Origin: Enoplolaimus lenunculus
Taxonomy: Eukaryota
Direction of reading: 5' to 3'
DNA length: 64,000 nt
Assembly: GCA_030248215.1 (NCBI GenBank)
Contig: JASANG010003338.1
Location: forward strand, 248,001-312,000
Positions 1 through 11,507 of this stretch are shown here, one piece after another (the first letter of the stretch is position 1; every line of letters starts with the position of its first letter). The notes beneath the pieces are model-generated. The model worked only from the letters and a program-made list of their open reading frames with translations. It did no database searches and was not told the origin of the DNA. Made by a program: the position numbers and the translations under genes.

Positions 1-54
1 TGTTTAAAGTGTCTTTTTGACACTTCAAAAATTTTCAAAGGAGATATAACCATG

Positions 55-105
55 CTATCCTTTGTAAACGCCGCGGACTATCATTGATAACTTTGTTGTC
101 AATGT
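55..105 (-). CDS. Possible terminal exon (TLTTKLSMIVRGVYKG*)
   Basis: Acceptor gttttttag at 106-107, phase 0, TAG at 57-55. No homology support. Confidence 0.3.
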   Translation of the reverse strand, partial: TLTTKLSMIVRGVYKG

Positions 106-233
106 CTAAAAAACTATTGAATATCAAATCGCAGCGTATAGACATGATTTTGGCAGAAGGGGCACGTTTTATATAATTTCGAAATTTCGAAGTGGGGGAT
201 TTTTGAAGCCGTTGAAAACCACCTAAACGTCTA

Positions 234-668
234 CTGTAGTGACCCGAACAAGAGGGGGGACTGATACTTATTTGGCCTCTCCAGAGGGTACCCCCTCTTA
301 TTCGGATACGAACTGTTATTTGTTTTCAACCAGCCCTCTGCCACCCTTCCTTCGTTACTGATATATCCGGTACTGCAGCTATCCGTTGAATTAAACGTTA
401 TTGCCTTGCATCAAAAGCTTGAGCGATAATGCAACGTTATACTTTGGAATGTTCCTTTTAAAACTTAGGTTAATACGCTTCAAAGTTTCGAACTCAAGTT
501 TATTTGGTCGCGGAGCCATTTATGCGCTACAATTAGGGATAATTGAGATTTATTGACTGTAAATAGGGTTCAGGAACTCTATCCGCTTACGGACTCTCAT
601 TACAGATACGGCCCCCTATTGATTGGGACTCAAAACAGGGACCCCCTTCTTCTTACCCCGAATCACAA
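234..668 (+). mobile_element. MITE family 1 (~445 bp, TA-flanked, TIR CTGTAGTGACCCGAATAAGAGGGGG); 3' TIR degraded
   Basis: Near full-length similarity to the copies at 39386 and 63242. Confidence 0.85.
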
Positions 669-809
669 GAGGTTGATCCCTTACCCTTAATACTCTGGCG
701 CTTTTATGAGAGAAGCCACAGTATACTCACAAAAGAGATAGGCCATACCTACTTGAAAATGCAGGTTTGAATTGTAGTGACCCTACTTGGTGTCACAATT
801 TTGTCGTAC

Positions 810-928
810 CTGGGCCCTGTGGAACGCGTCGATCCAACCATCTCTGACTTCGCCGCTATTTGCTTGCATAATCAATGCAGATGAAATGACATCGAACTCG
901 GTTAGACAAACAAGCAAGAATGAATCCT
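810..928 (-). CDS. PLEKHG5: PH domain exon 3 (KDSFLLVCLTEFDVISSALIMQANSGEVRDGWIDAFHRAQ)
   Basis: Acceptor gtgatttcag, donor CAG|GTACGA. Contains the PH C-terminal helix with the conserved Trp. Confidence 0.92.
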
Positions 929-1222
929 CTGAAATCACAAATATTAAAGCGCTACTTAACACCGTACTATACCACAAAAATAACAACTTTAATTGTGCAA
1001 AATTTGGCAGATTTCTTCGCACAATCACTGTAATGGGATACAGTATGCATTTCTCACTTTATAATGTTTAACAATGTCGGGAGCTTGCTGCGCGTAACAC
1101 ACAGATAAACATGGGTCATGATGTGCCGCCCATGGTCCACCGTGACCCAACGGTAGTTGACACATAGCCGATGTAACTTGTGACTCATGACTTAAGTTAC
1201 CATTCAAAATTTTGGTCATTGA

Positions 1223-1381
1223 AAAGACCAGGGGCGGAAAAGTGTTATAAGCATATTCCTAACCTAAGCTTAAGCCTAAACCTAAGCGTAAGAATGAGTT
1301 TGTTCCTACCTAAAGCCAAGCCAAAAATTAGTCTAATACTCTATTCTAGTCCAAAGGAAAAACGTTCCGCCCCTGATCTTT
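1223..1381. mobile_element. Small MITE with internal CCTAAR hexamers
   Basis: 17-bp inverted ends AAAGAYCAGGGGCGGAA; relative at ~21320-21430. Confidence 0.7.
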
Positions 1382-1486
1382 ACATGGGCCAAATTATCTT
1401 CAACTTACTGAAGATAGCATGACAGACAAGCGACATAAAATTTTTTGTGGTACGTAACAAGGTAAAGCATTCAGTCGTATATTTAA

Positions 1487-1749
1487 CCCTTTCTCACAAG
1501 AATATTTTCTATTTCCCCTGAGACCTACTTTTATGCTAGGATTCGAACTCCGGTAACTGGAGTGGGATGCGTATACCATCACCACTCAGCTGTAGGAGTT
1601 TGACGCTCGAGCCCGAGGTGGCTCTCACGTCTTGTGGTGATTTAGTACAATGTATACGTGTTGCAATCGTTAAACACAGTGCGATATTCATTATTTAACG
1701 TATATACACTGCGCTTAGTTGCCTATAGGCAACTCAATGTGAGAAGGGG
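1487..1749. mobile_element. piggyBac-type MITE (family 2) with internal tRNA-like segment
   Basis: TTAA|CCCTTTCTCACA ... TGTGAGAAGGGG|TTAA. Confidence 0.88.
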
Positions 1750-2491
1750 TTAAGCGTACAATATTGTAATGCAAAATGAATAACAATGTGTGGCACTTAA
1801 TTGCAATAGTAATAGCAAGAGTGGATTATGACAAGAGCGCGCACCTCTTGGGGTCTCGAATGGTACAAAATATACAATTGGGTGTTGCGGTTTTGGCCGA
1901 CCCCACCCCCTTATTTAGAGGAGAGTAAATTACACTATAAGAGGACCATGTTTGACGCTGCATACAAGAAGTGCCATGGTTCGAACCGGTGGCACCCCCT
2001 CTAAATAAAAAGGGGTAGGGCAAAAACGCGACGCGTGCCGGGTACATTCTTTTATACACAGAGTGTACCCAGTTGCACACTCTTGCAAAAACAGTCATTA
2101 TCGACTTTTAGTAACAGTAATAAAGTATGAGACACATGAGTGAACCCTTTGACACACCGTGACCCTCAAATATACAAACCAATTTTTCAGCTCTAGCGTA
2201 ACGAAATGATATATTCTGTTTTATAAGTAGAATTAATCATAATGAACAAAGGTGAATATTTAAATTGCGGTTCCAACAAGAAAATTGAATGCAAACTCTG
2301 ATTCAGTCGAAACTTAACTGGCTGGAACTTGGAACATTGCTACTTATCAGGAACCAATTGATAACGTTTTTACCCAAGCTACTTTAAATACCGTTGCCTA
2401 ATTATTTAACAAAATAAATTTTAAAGATCACAGTCTAACGCGGTAACAATATTTGAATTACTGAAGACAACGTGCCGACTTTAGCACTTAC

Positions 2492-2639
2492 TGAGCTCTT
2501 TCAGGCAATGAACCCGTATTTTGTCGATACAAAATGGAGGACGGATCACACGGAACTTGGCAGCGATATTTTTTCGGGCGGATAACTGCTTGCATATCAG
2601 AAGCATATCAGTGAACAGCATACAGTAAACGTCAATAAA
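2492..2639 (-). CDS. PLEKHG5: PH domain exon 2 (FIDVYCMLFTDMLLICK...FRVIRPPFCIDKIRVHCLKEL)
   Basis: Acceptor ttgttatag, donor CTCA|GTAAGT. Phase 1 out matches the next exon. Confidence 0.95.
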
Positions 2640-3632
2640 CTATAACAATTTTTGTCTCAAATTTAAACGAGCAAAAATTATTAGGAGGAAAGAGGCGTAT
2701 TTGGAAGACAGAGTTCGAGGAGCAAACACATCTCATTTTTGCCGAAGAAGTTTAATCATTTTTCAGTTGGTAACAACAAGGAACAACCTTCGAATCTCTT
2801 GTTTCCATAATCCAAGCTACGCCCCAACAAATAGTGGCGTGGTAAAGAGGGAGGAATAAGCCACGTGCGCCGTGTGCCCTGTGACGCTAAAAGGGGCGCC
2901 AAAAATGACTGACAGTGCCTACATTTTGGTAATTTAAGCGCTATCAGTTTTGTACATTGCTTTTTATTGAGATAAATGAAAAATACGGCTGGCTTCTATA
3001 GCTTATTTCGCTCGCGAATCATCATTCACCATATCAGCTGTGCGTTAATTCCAGGGATTCATTATGTACCGGATTTTAACATAAACCCAAAATTGGCAAA
3101 AGAACACAAATTTAGATTCAGCAGATAAAACTTCAAAGATCACTCTAAAATAACCCGAAACGTTGATTTGCCAAGCTTAAGAAAGGGGCACACCCATACA
3201 GTTGACCATCGGAAATTCAGAAGAATTCCGGGGTTCTTGAGGTCTCTATAATTCCATCGAAGGGTTTCAGGCAATTCCGGACCACTGAATATGCATGTTT
3301 GTATGGCAAGATTTCACAAGAAAGTTAGACAGTGCTGATTTCAACACTGCAAATGTGCTTAGTTTACGTGCGTATTGGAAATGTTTGGACATTTTTCAGT
3401 AAAAATGTCGAAAGTTACAAATTTTGAACAGGAGGTTGAAAAATATTTTACTCCCCTTGGAACACTGGGAGAGGGTGTCCAACCACGTTATTGCGCTCCT
3501 TATGCACCGTCCATGAAAGTTACAAACTACTTCATGAACGACACATTAATAAAATTCAGTTCCCACCTTAGCAAGTCAACACCCACTACGCCATTGCCTA
3601 CAAAAAATTAGTTACATATGAAGTGGTGACAA

Positions 3633-3894
3633 CCCTTTATCACATGAATATTTTCTATTCCACCTGAGACCTACTTTTATGCTAGGATTGAACTCCATTG
3701 ACTGGAGTTGGAGGCGTTTACCATCACCACTCAGCTATAGGAGCTTGACGCTCGAGCCCGACGGGGCTATCACGTTTTGTGGTGATTTAGTGCTATGTAT
3801 ACGTGTTGCAATTGTTAAAGGCTGTGCGATATATATTATTTAACGTATATACATTGCGCTGAGTTGCATATAGTCAACTCTATGTGAGAAGGAG
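3633..3894. mobile_element. MITE family 2 copy
   Basis: High similarity to 1487-1749; TSDs mutated. Confidence 0.85.
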
Positions 3895-4023
3895 TTACTT
3901 TACGAGGCCACGTGTCAGCAGATACGTAACAAAGGTTTCGCTAACTAACTGACACGTATAAAATGCAATTCAATACAAATAAAACCGTGTTCATCTTGCA
4001 AAATATAAAATTAGTCATAATAC

Positions 4024-4140
4024 CTTGTTATTATTGTCTTTTAATTTCAATTCTCCAAAATGTACACCGTTTCGGACAACCCGTTCGTGACATCCAAGCA
4101 TTGGACGTGTCATATCAAGGTCTGTATATTGACGAACTGC
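4024..4140 (-). CDS. PLEKHG5: PH domain exon 1 (AVRQYTDLDMTRPMLG...HFGELKLKDNNNK)
   Basis: Acceptor aattctag, donor AAG|GTATTA, 39 codons. LD.T.P..G motif of the family. Confidence 0.9.
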
Positions 4141-4690
4141 CTAGAATTATGTGGTTTCACTACTACGTTCTACTGGAATGAGCCATGAGCCACATGAAAT
4201 TAGAGACGAGAGTTAGCTTAGAAGGAACCTTTTTCCGGCCGGTAAAGTTAAACAACTGAGCCAAAGTGAACGAACGAAATGGTGTTCCTAAATACAGGTC
4301 CGACCGTTCAATAATTTTTTCGCCTTCTTTTAACCTGCGACCATTTAACTTTTGCATTCAATGTAAATGAACGAAATTGTAATAACGGAGTCAAAGGTCG
4401 AATTTCTGCCGGAACCAGAGCTGGTGATCGATCTCAGGTTAAACTTTTCAATTATTTACAAATATGGTAAAACAAGCTTAAAAATCCAACTTGCTCTAAA
4501 TTCATATATTTGTCATTTGTTATCTTAATTTCCAGTTAATATTTTGTACGTGCTTGTATACCCATATCAGAAATTTCTTACCCCAGCGCACGGTTACCCA
4601 CGGGTCATGTACAACTCCGGTTATGCTATGCATAATTCAGTCACGTATATAATAGACAAATTTATACGAATTAACGTATCATAAACGTAC

Positions 4691-4828
4691 CTCGTCAATT
4701 TCAGTGCTAACCGAATCAACGGTTTCAATTGCTTCAATGTTTGACATAATCGACTTGAGCAACGATAAGCTGACGCTACGCGACTTTTCAAATTGAACTC
4801 GTGTGATAAAGCAAGTAATTTTATCGAC
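4691..4828 (-). CDS. PLEKHG5: DH C-terminal helix / linker exon (VDKITCFITRVQFEKSRS...VSTEIDE)
   Basis: Acceptor ttcaatttag, donor GAG|GTACGT, 46 codons. Aligns to PLEKHG5 FI..VN...I.A.E.V.....E.D. Confidence 0.9.
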
Positions 4829-5082
4829 CTAAATTGAAATTGAAATGATAATTTCAAAGTTGTTATCTGATTGAGTTTATATGCAAGTTTAAATGAAGTT
4901 GCCAAGCTTCGATAGCGGCAGAATACATACTTTCTACAGCGATAAATTAAATATCGCTTAAAATGATTATAACATTTTCAACGGGTGATTGGGGCGGGCG
5001 GGTGACCCCCATTGGACATGTTTGATATCCATTTATTATAGCAGACACGTAGCATTAAGCAATAAAACCGTTTTTACATTAC

Positions 5083-5226
5083 CGATTTTTCAACTCGATT
5101 TGTGACATCAGAATCGTGTGATCTTTTTTGTATTGCTTTTAGCAATAGTGGATATTTGGTCAGTCGTGCAAACGGCTCAAATAATATTTCACACAGGTCT
5201 AAACGATTGAAAATGTCCCGGCACCA
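5083..5226 (-). CDS. PLEKHG5: DH domain exon 2, CR3 (WCRDIFNRLDLCEILFEPFARLTKYPLLLKAIQKRS...EKS)
   Basis: Not in the ORF track; hand-translated. Acceptor tttattttcag, donor TCG|GTAATG, RLTKYPLLL motif. Confidence 0.95.
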
Positions 5227-6037
5227 CTGAAAATAAACTAAGTTCAAAACTAATATGTATGCGTAAGAATGTTACTTCGCAAACAATTATACTGTCAAAC
5301 AATAAACTGAAATTTAAACATTGACAAAATACACTAGTAAAATGCTTCATTACTTTTTAAAGTAATTTTAAATTTAAATTTGGATCCGAGTTTTAACGCC
5401 AATCATTTGAAGCCGACACCCTTCTGAATAAGGTAACAGGAACGGATCTCAAAAATGGACAGTCTTAGCAGCCTACAACCATTATACTAATGAAAATTTA
5501 TTCAACGCGATGGTATCCATCAGGGGCGGCGATATGAAGAACCTAAGAGGGGGCATGCTCAATTTTTTGGGTTTTCCGGTTTTATTCCCCCAGGCAGCGT
5601 TTGCCCAAAGATGCTTGGATTTCGAAAATTTTTGCATATTAGAGCTCCTCATAACAACCCTTTGTCATGCCACGCCCAAATTTGAATTTTTGAAAAATTT
5701 GATATTTTAAGATCCAAAGGACTGAGGTTTACAGTGTTTGGTCCCAAAAATTTTTTGTCCAAAATTTAGCCAATTATATCAGGATTAGAACCAGTCCAGG
5801 CAAACTTCCGTCGGACTCGGGCCCACATTTTGGGCCCGCGTGCTTAAGCGGTCCGGGCCCGGGCCGCCAGCCGAAATTAATCGCAGCAGTTCCCGCACCA
5901 GGGCAAGCGTTAGAATTTCTGGTTATACCAACTAAAAAACTTTGTAAAAGCTGCTGGTCAAAAATCATCAAGGCTATGTTTCAATCGCTAACACCTCTGG
6001 TTACGCCCTTATCGTAAGAAACAAAAAGCCTACTAAC

Positions 6038-6628
6038 CACCATAAATTCTCGAAACTGTTCGGATTCTTTTTGCTTTTGGCGTATATAATTCTGTTGATC
6101 TTCGCGTCGGCACACGTACTCCGAATACGGTTCAAAAATTGAGTCAATTTGATCGAAACCCGTTGTCAGAGCTACTGGATTGAGTTGTGGGCTTGAATTC
6201 GCTCTGGGTAACGGCTGTTCTTGTGAAGATGACATATCGCCGTTTGCCAGCGTTTCCCCTGTGGTCTCCAATCCTTGAATATTTGAATTATTTGGTGACG
6301 TCGGGTCACTTCCAAGTTTGAACGATACCCGACCATTGGAGTCATCGTGGATATCAACTGGAGCGTTTCGATTGGCGAGCACCCGTGCTTCAGGTTTAAA
6401 AATTGGCAAAATTGAACTGCGCCAAAGTCGCAGATTTGCAATCAGGACATCGATAATATTACCAAATATGACGCTAGAATCAATATCGGGCAAATAACCT
6501 TCGGATTGTAACTGACTGAACACCACAGACACTTGAGCGATCAGGCGTAAATTAGCAATGTAGCTTGCTTCGGTGCGAATTAGTTCAATAATAGCTTCAC
6601 GATGTTGGATTTGCTTTCGTGAAAGTCC
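6038..6628 (-). CDS. PLEKHG5: DH domain exon 1 (GLSRKQIQHREAIIELIRTEASY...FREFMV)
   Basis: Clear DH CR1/CR2 motifs. Acceptor ggctttccag (an alternative in-frame acceptor gives a start at 6652), donor GTG|GTTAGT, phase 0-0. Confidence 0.95.
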
Positions 6629-7155
6629 CTGGAAAGCCAAACAGTAGTAGATCTGCAGCGTAACTGGAATATTTAAATCTAATTCGCCGACTTATGTAAC
6701 CAACAAACATTAGATTTGTTTAAAATTGCTCCAATATGCACAGGCGGTATAACTATATGTCGGGGTGACCAAGCTAAGCTATAGAGTGGAAATTTGACAA
6801 CATTGTATGTAACACCGTTATAAAGTATTAATTTATAATAGAAATGTAAAATTGATTAGGGAACCCAGGAAGTGCAGTTGCACATTCTTAGATCTAAAGA
6901 CAGCGCCCGAACCCAGGCGAATATTTGCACATACGTTCAAAACGAATTTTTGATTTATAAATATTTTAAATTGGCGATATATATTGTTCCGGACTTATTA
7001 GAATTGAGATTAAATTCACAACAGCGTATTTAAGTAAATCTTCATTAATAATAGTAAATCAGTTAGACAATGCCAAAAAATGATAGTCGCTTACTTTATG
7101 TAAAAATTGTTCTAAAGGCGCTCAAAGTTGTAAAAAATACTGCTCGCATACCTAC

Positions 7156-7299
7156 CTGTTCGACAGTTTCAAGCTCTTCGTTAATTTTCGTTTTGTCAGG
7201 AAAATCAGCATCGGCGAATGGAAAATTAGGCAAATCAGACAACGACGGCAGCGGGTTCTGTTTGATCTTAGTGAGCTTGGCCAAAAATTCAAATTTGTC
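7156..7299 (-). CDS. PLEKHG5: Pre-DH exon (DKFEFLAKLTKIKQNPLPSLSDLP...ETVEQ)
   Basis: Acceptor tttgttttag, donor CAG|GTAGGT, 48 codons. Resembles the PLEKHG5 DKMEQL...LP segment. Confidence 0.9.
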
Positions 7300-8322
7300 C
7301 TAAAACAAACATAAAAAACATTGTAAAACACTTGCGATTGTTTTAGATTTTAAATCAGTTCCAAGTCGTAAAAATTTGCAAAACCAATCACACAAATCCA
7401 CAATTTTTAAACTGTGCGGTTTGCAAGTAATGAATAACTTCTACGTGTGTCAGTTGAAACAGGTTTTCAATCGTTGAATTGACAAACAATTCGTCTAAAA
7501 ATGAGCCAAAAATAGAAAATGTGATCGAAGGCAACAACTTGATTTTCAAACTGTAGATCAAATTATATTTATAAATTGGCCAAAAATTGTCTTCAGTCTT
7601 TTAGAAAGTTAAAACGTTTCACCAGTTACAAAGGCTTAATTTTGCTGCATTCATTAAGTAACAGAAAACGTTACTAGCTTTGTCTACTATATCCGGGTAC
7701 CAGTAGGCATAAAAAATTTCTGAATGGTAGGCAAGATATATTGAAAAAACTCGAGAGCGAAACGAGCGAGTAGTTGAACGTTATTTTAATGCTAAACGTA
7801 AATACAAAATATTGGTTTTGATCCCTGTTGTGGGGAATTAGGCCGGGGTACTCCTGTTCCATCCGCCAGTGGCGGTTACGCAACTAAGCTATCAAGTAAA
7901 TAACTGTTGCAGTCTTTTGCGCTTACTTTAGTATGAATAAAAATAAAATTTAAGGCTGCACAAAATATGGATGCAAATTTTGTTTTATAGCTAAAACGTA
8001 TACCATGCTTTATTCGACATAATTCTTCAGCATGAAATTTATATCCATCGAGTATTTCGGTGAAGCTGAGATTGTCGCAGTACATCTTTTAGCCCAAAGT
8101 GGAATTACGACTTGTGCTAGCCCTAGGCGGAATCATGTCTGATAAAGTTGTGCGAGGCGTGCCCTTGTCGCATAGAAAGAATTACGACGTGGGCTAGCCC
8201 AAGTCGTAATAACGCCCTGTACTAGCCCAATTTGCAATTGGGCTAGCCTAATTCGAAACTGGTCCAAATTACGACTTAGGCTAAGACATATATTCTGTCG
8301 ATGAAGATACCGCTTTTGTTAC

Positions 8323-8499
8323 CTTTAATCCACGCGACATCATCTTACTGCGTATGCTGCTACGTGTCTGTTGAAAAGATGGACGATGAAAATAATGCTT
8401 TTTCGATACAATAATAATTGGATTAGTCTGATTCGACTGTACAACAGTAGAACTTGGCGAATCAGAAACAATGACACTATCGTTTGTGTCGGTTGACAT
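8323..8499 (-). CDS. PLEKHG5: Candidate alternative first coding exon D (MSTDTNDSVIVS...MMSRGLK, 59 codons)
   Basis: ATG with an in-frame TAA just upstream, acceptor ttttctcag 10 nt before the ATG, donor AAG|GTAACA in phase 0 fits 7299. Confidence 0.6.
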
Positions 8500-10316
8500 A
8501 ATTTATGTGCTGAGAAAATTTAATTATATATATATATTAATAATTTGCAAATAATTTCACGGTTACGACGACTAAATTTGCCAGTAATTGGTTAGCGTCT
8601 TGTTCGACCGTAAAGAATAAAATAATAAATTTATTTGCAAATTTCTTCACTATATTGGCTCAGTCGTATTTTCAGTTGTGTGGTTTCATTTATCGCCAAT
8701 TAATAGGTATATATATTCAAACAAGCGAATTGTGCCAGCACCAAATCTTAAAGTGTGCCCAAAGGTCTGACAAATGAAATGTGACAAATCTTGCAAATGA
8801 AATGTGACAAAAGTATTAAATATTGCAGTTCATCGGGCTCTTGTACGCTTCATATTGACAGGTTTAAAAAGGATTTATGTATAACTTAGGACTATGCTTC
8901 GGTTTAGGCATAAGCTTGTAATGTGTGTGTATAAGTGGCATCCATTCTTCAATCATTTGAAAGTTACAAGACCTATCTGCAACCTAAGTATATTAGGCGC
9001 TACGCACATTTGAAAATACGGACTCAGATGTGAAATGGACAATGTAAAAATCAAAAGATGATTTCCGTTTATAAACGTTTTTGTGAAGAATTCTCTTACA
9101 TCAAGAGTTTATATCACAAAAAAATTGCACCACCATATTACACTTGCTAAATCAAGGAACTCAACATCGCAACTTAAATACACTACCATCGCCAGGAGCG
9201 TCGTGTATATGATAGGGGAATATATCCCCAAAATTTCTAGCAAGACTCTAAATACACATTTTTACCGGAAGATGAATAACTTGCGGAGGTCAAAAATTTG
9301 TCAGACCAAATTATCCTATCCCGAAATGAAATCCCAATTACGCCCTTGAACGTCGCTTTTGCTAATCTAGCACAAACAAAACTTTCGCCTTATCCACAAA
9401 ATGACCCTCCCAAACAGTCCTTAACACTAAATTATAACATTGCTTCGTCAATCTTTAAGATACACCATAGAACGAACGGTAAACGTTTTGCCAATGTGGT
9501 TTAAACAGTCACAGCCAAGCAGGAAATCCGGCCTGTGGACAAAAGTGGAAAAGGAAAGACTCCGTTTCACCCGGAGCAATTATGCCCACCGCGTAGAAAA
9601 CTTTCAACCTTTTGTAAGTCACCGAAAACTTTTGTATATATGCCCTCATAAAAAAGTTTAGCCCCTGCAAGCAAGGTTAGCTGGCTACAGGCCTGCAGGA
9701 AATACACTTAAATCTTCTAGAAATCCGCTAAAGCTGATAATAGCAATGTTACACAAACATGAGATATATCAATTTGATTGTATATCTCAATTCTTATCAA
9801 TCATTCGTTTACGTGTAGCTGCTCATGGTTGTTTTTAAGCTTTAATTGGATTTATTACGTTTATAACTTAGAAAAACAATGTTATATGTTTACTATTTTG
9901 TTCCAGGAGCGTTGTCAGGATTTTAAAACACAGCGAATTTATCTTCGTTAAAACTTTAGCTTTCTTGTGTCTCGAAATAAACAATTCAAAAAGACTGAGA
10001 CAAAAATCACAAATGAAGATTTTCACCCCACAGAACCTTACAGATTCGGCCTTGTTTTCTCCCTACTTAATGCATGAGGCGCTGCGCTTCAATATTTTGT
10101 GGACGTCCGCTTATTCTTAACCGAAGCGTATGCAACGGAGGAGTGAGGGCATATATCAAATCCTGAAATATATGGAAACAAAAGAAAAAGGCACTTGTAG
10201 CAAGCGTTAATAGCATAACATGGGTTTCAGTGGACAGAAAGTTTTCCAGCTTACGGTGCTCGATCAACAAAATTTTTGAAACGGATTTACGCCCTGCTGA
10301 AATAAAATCTTCGTTA

Positions 10317-10914
10317 CAGTAGTGACCCGGATGAGGGGAACTGATATTTATTTGCCTCTCCAGATGGCATTCCCCTGTTATTTGGTTACTGACAGTTATT
10401 CATGCTTAATTTAATGCATGTTAGGTAGACCCAACTCCAGTGGCGGATCGAAAGTTTCTGAATGAGGGCGGGCTGGTAAATTTTATGAGACGCCAAAAAT
10501 TGTAATGTGGAGGGACCTTACCATTTTACCACAAAATATTCTGAGCGAAATATTGTATTGTTTTACAAAAAATTTCCTGAGGGGAAAAATTGCAACAAAC
10601 CTTTCTATTCTATCACAAATAGTTTTTGTTCTTATCTTTGGCAGAACTGATTTGCTTCAAAGCATTTGTGCTGATTGCCATGTCCGTTAATTTTTTTCTG
10701 GATTTAACAAAGTTTATGCGCGGGTTGTCGGTTTGTCTGTAACATATTTTAACAGCTTTGGGCTACTCTTCTGCTTTGATCGTTTTTATGGGCTCTAATT
10801 AGGAGTAATATACTCTATCAACCAATGGACTCACATTAGGGATTAAGGCTGCTATGGATTAAGACTCAAAATGGGGACTCCTCATGTTACCCCCTTTTAT
10901 TTGGGTCACGACAT
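10317..10914 (+). mobile_element. MITE family 1 copy interrupted by unrelated sequence starting CAGTGGCGGAT (~10438)
   Basis: Both ends match family 1 and the middle is replaced. Additional fragments occur at ~21435-21612 and ~41698-41930. Confidence 0.7.
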
Positions 10915-11458
10915 GTGCGCCCTAATTTTGAAACGAAAAATCAACAGCGAATGCACTGCGTATAAACATATAAAGTCTATTATATCACTAGTTAACCTGG
11001 CAAAAACACAACTTGATTCGAAGAAATCTTCAAAATATCGCTAGCATCGGTAAAATGTGTTTGTATGAGCGTTCGAACAGTTTTCGCCTTAGCGAAACAG
11101 AAATAGAAAACTAAAGTTTTGCTGCGTCTAGACTACGATCATCTTAAAATAATTACTCGGTTAGCGTAAGATTTTTAATCGGGTAAAAACGACTCTAAAA
11201 CTTCGTTCTTTAGCACTACGTACATCAAACATTATATGTAATTGAATCAGATCCGAAACCAGGAAATAATCTTAGAGGGATGATGGTATATCGTCGAATT
11301 GGTTACAAAGAAATTTTCCCACGACAAATTTTGGCCATTTCAGTTACGGGACATGACCCAGGTGGACCATTCCTTTGATCCGCTGCAGGGCGTTCCAGAA
11401 GTTCGGCTAAAAATACACTATAACCTGTTATTGAAAAAATGCCTTTTCAAAAACCGTC

Positions 11459-11507
11459 TATATATATTATATATATATATATTATATATATATATACATA
11501 TATATAT
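11459..11507. repeat. Imperfect (TA)n microsatellite
   Basis: Seen directly. Confidence 0.9.

Noticed and set aside
4163..4445. Extra exon between the DH and PH exons
   Set aside because: Exons 4691-4828 and 4024-4140 join in frame with continuous family similarity, so there is no gap to fill.
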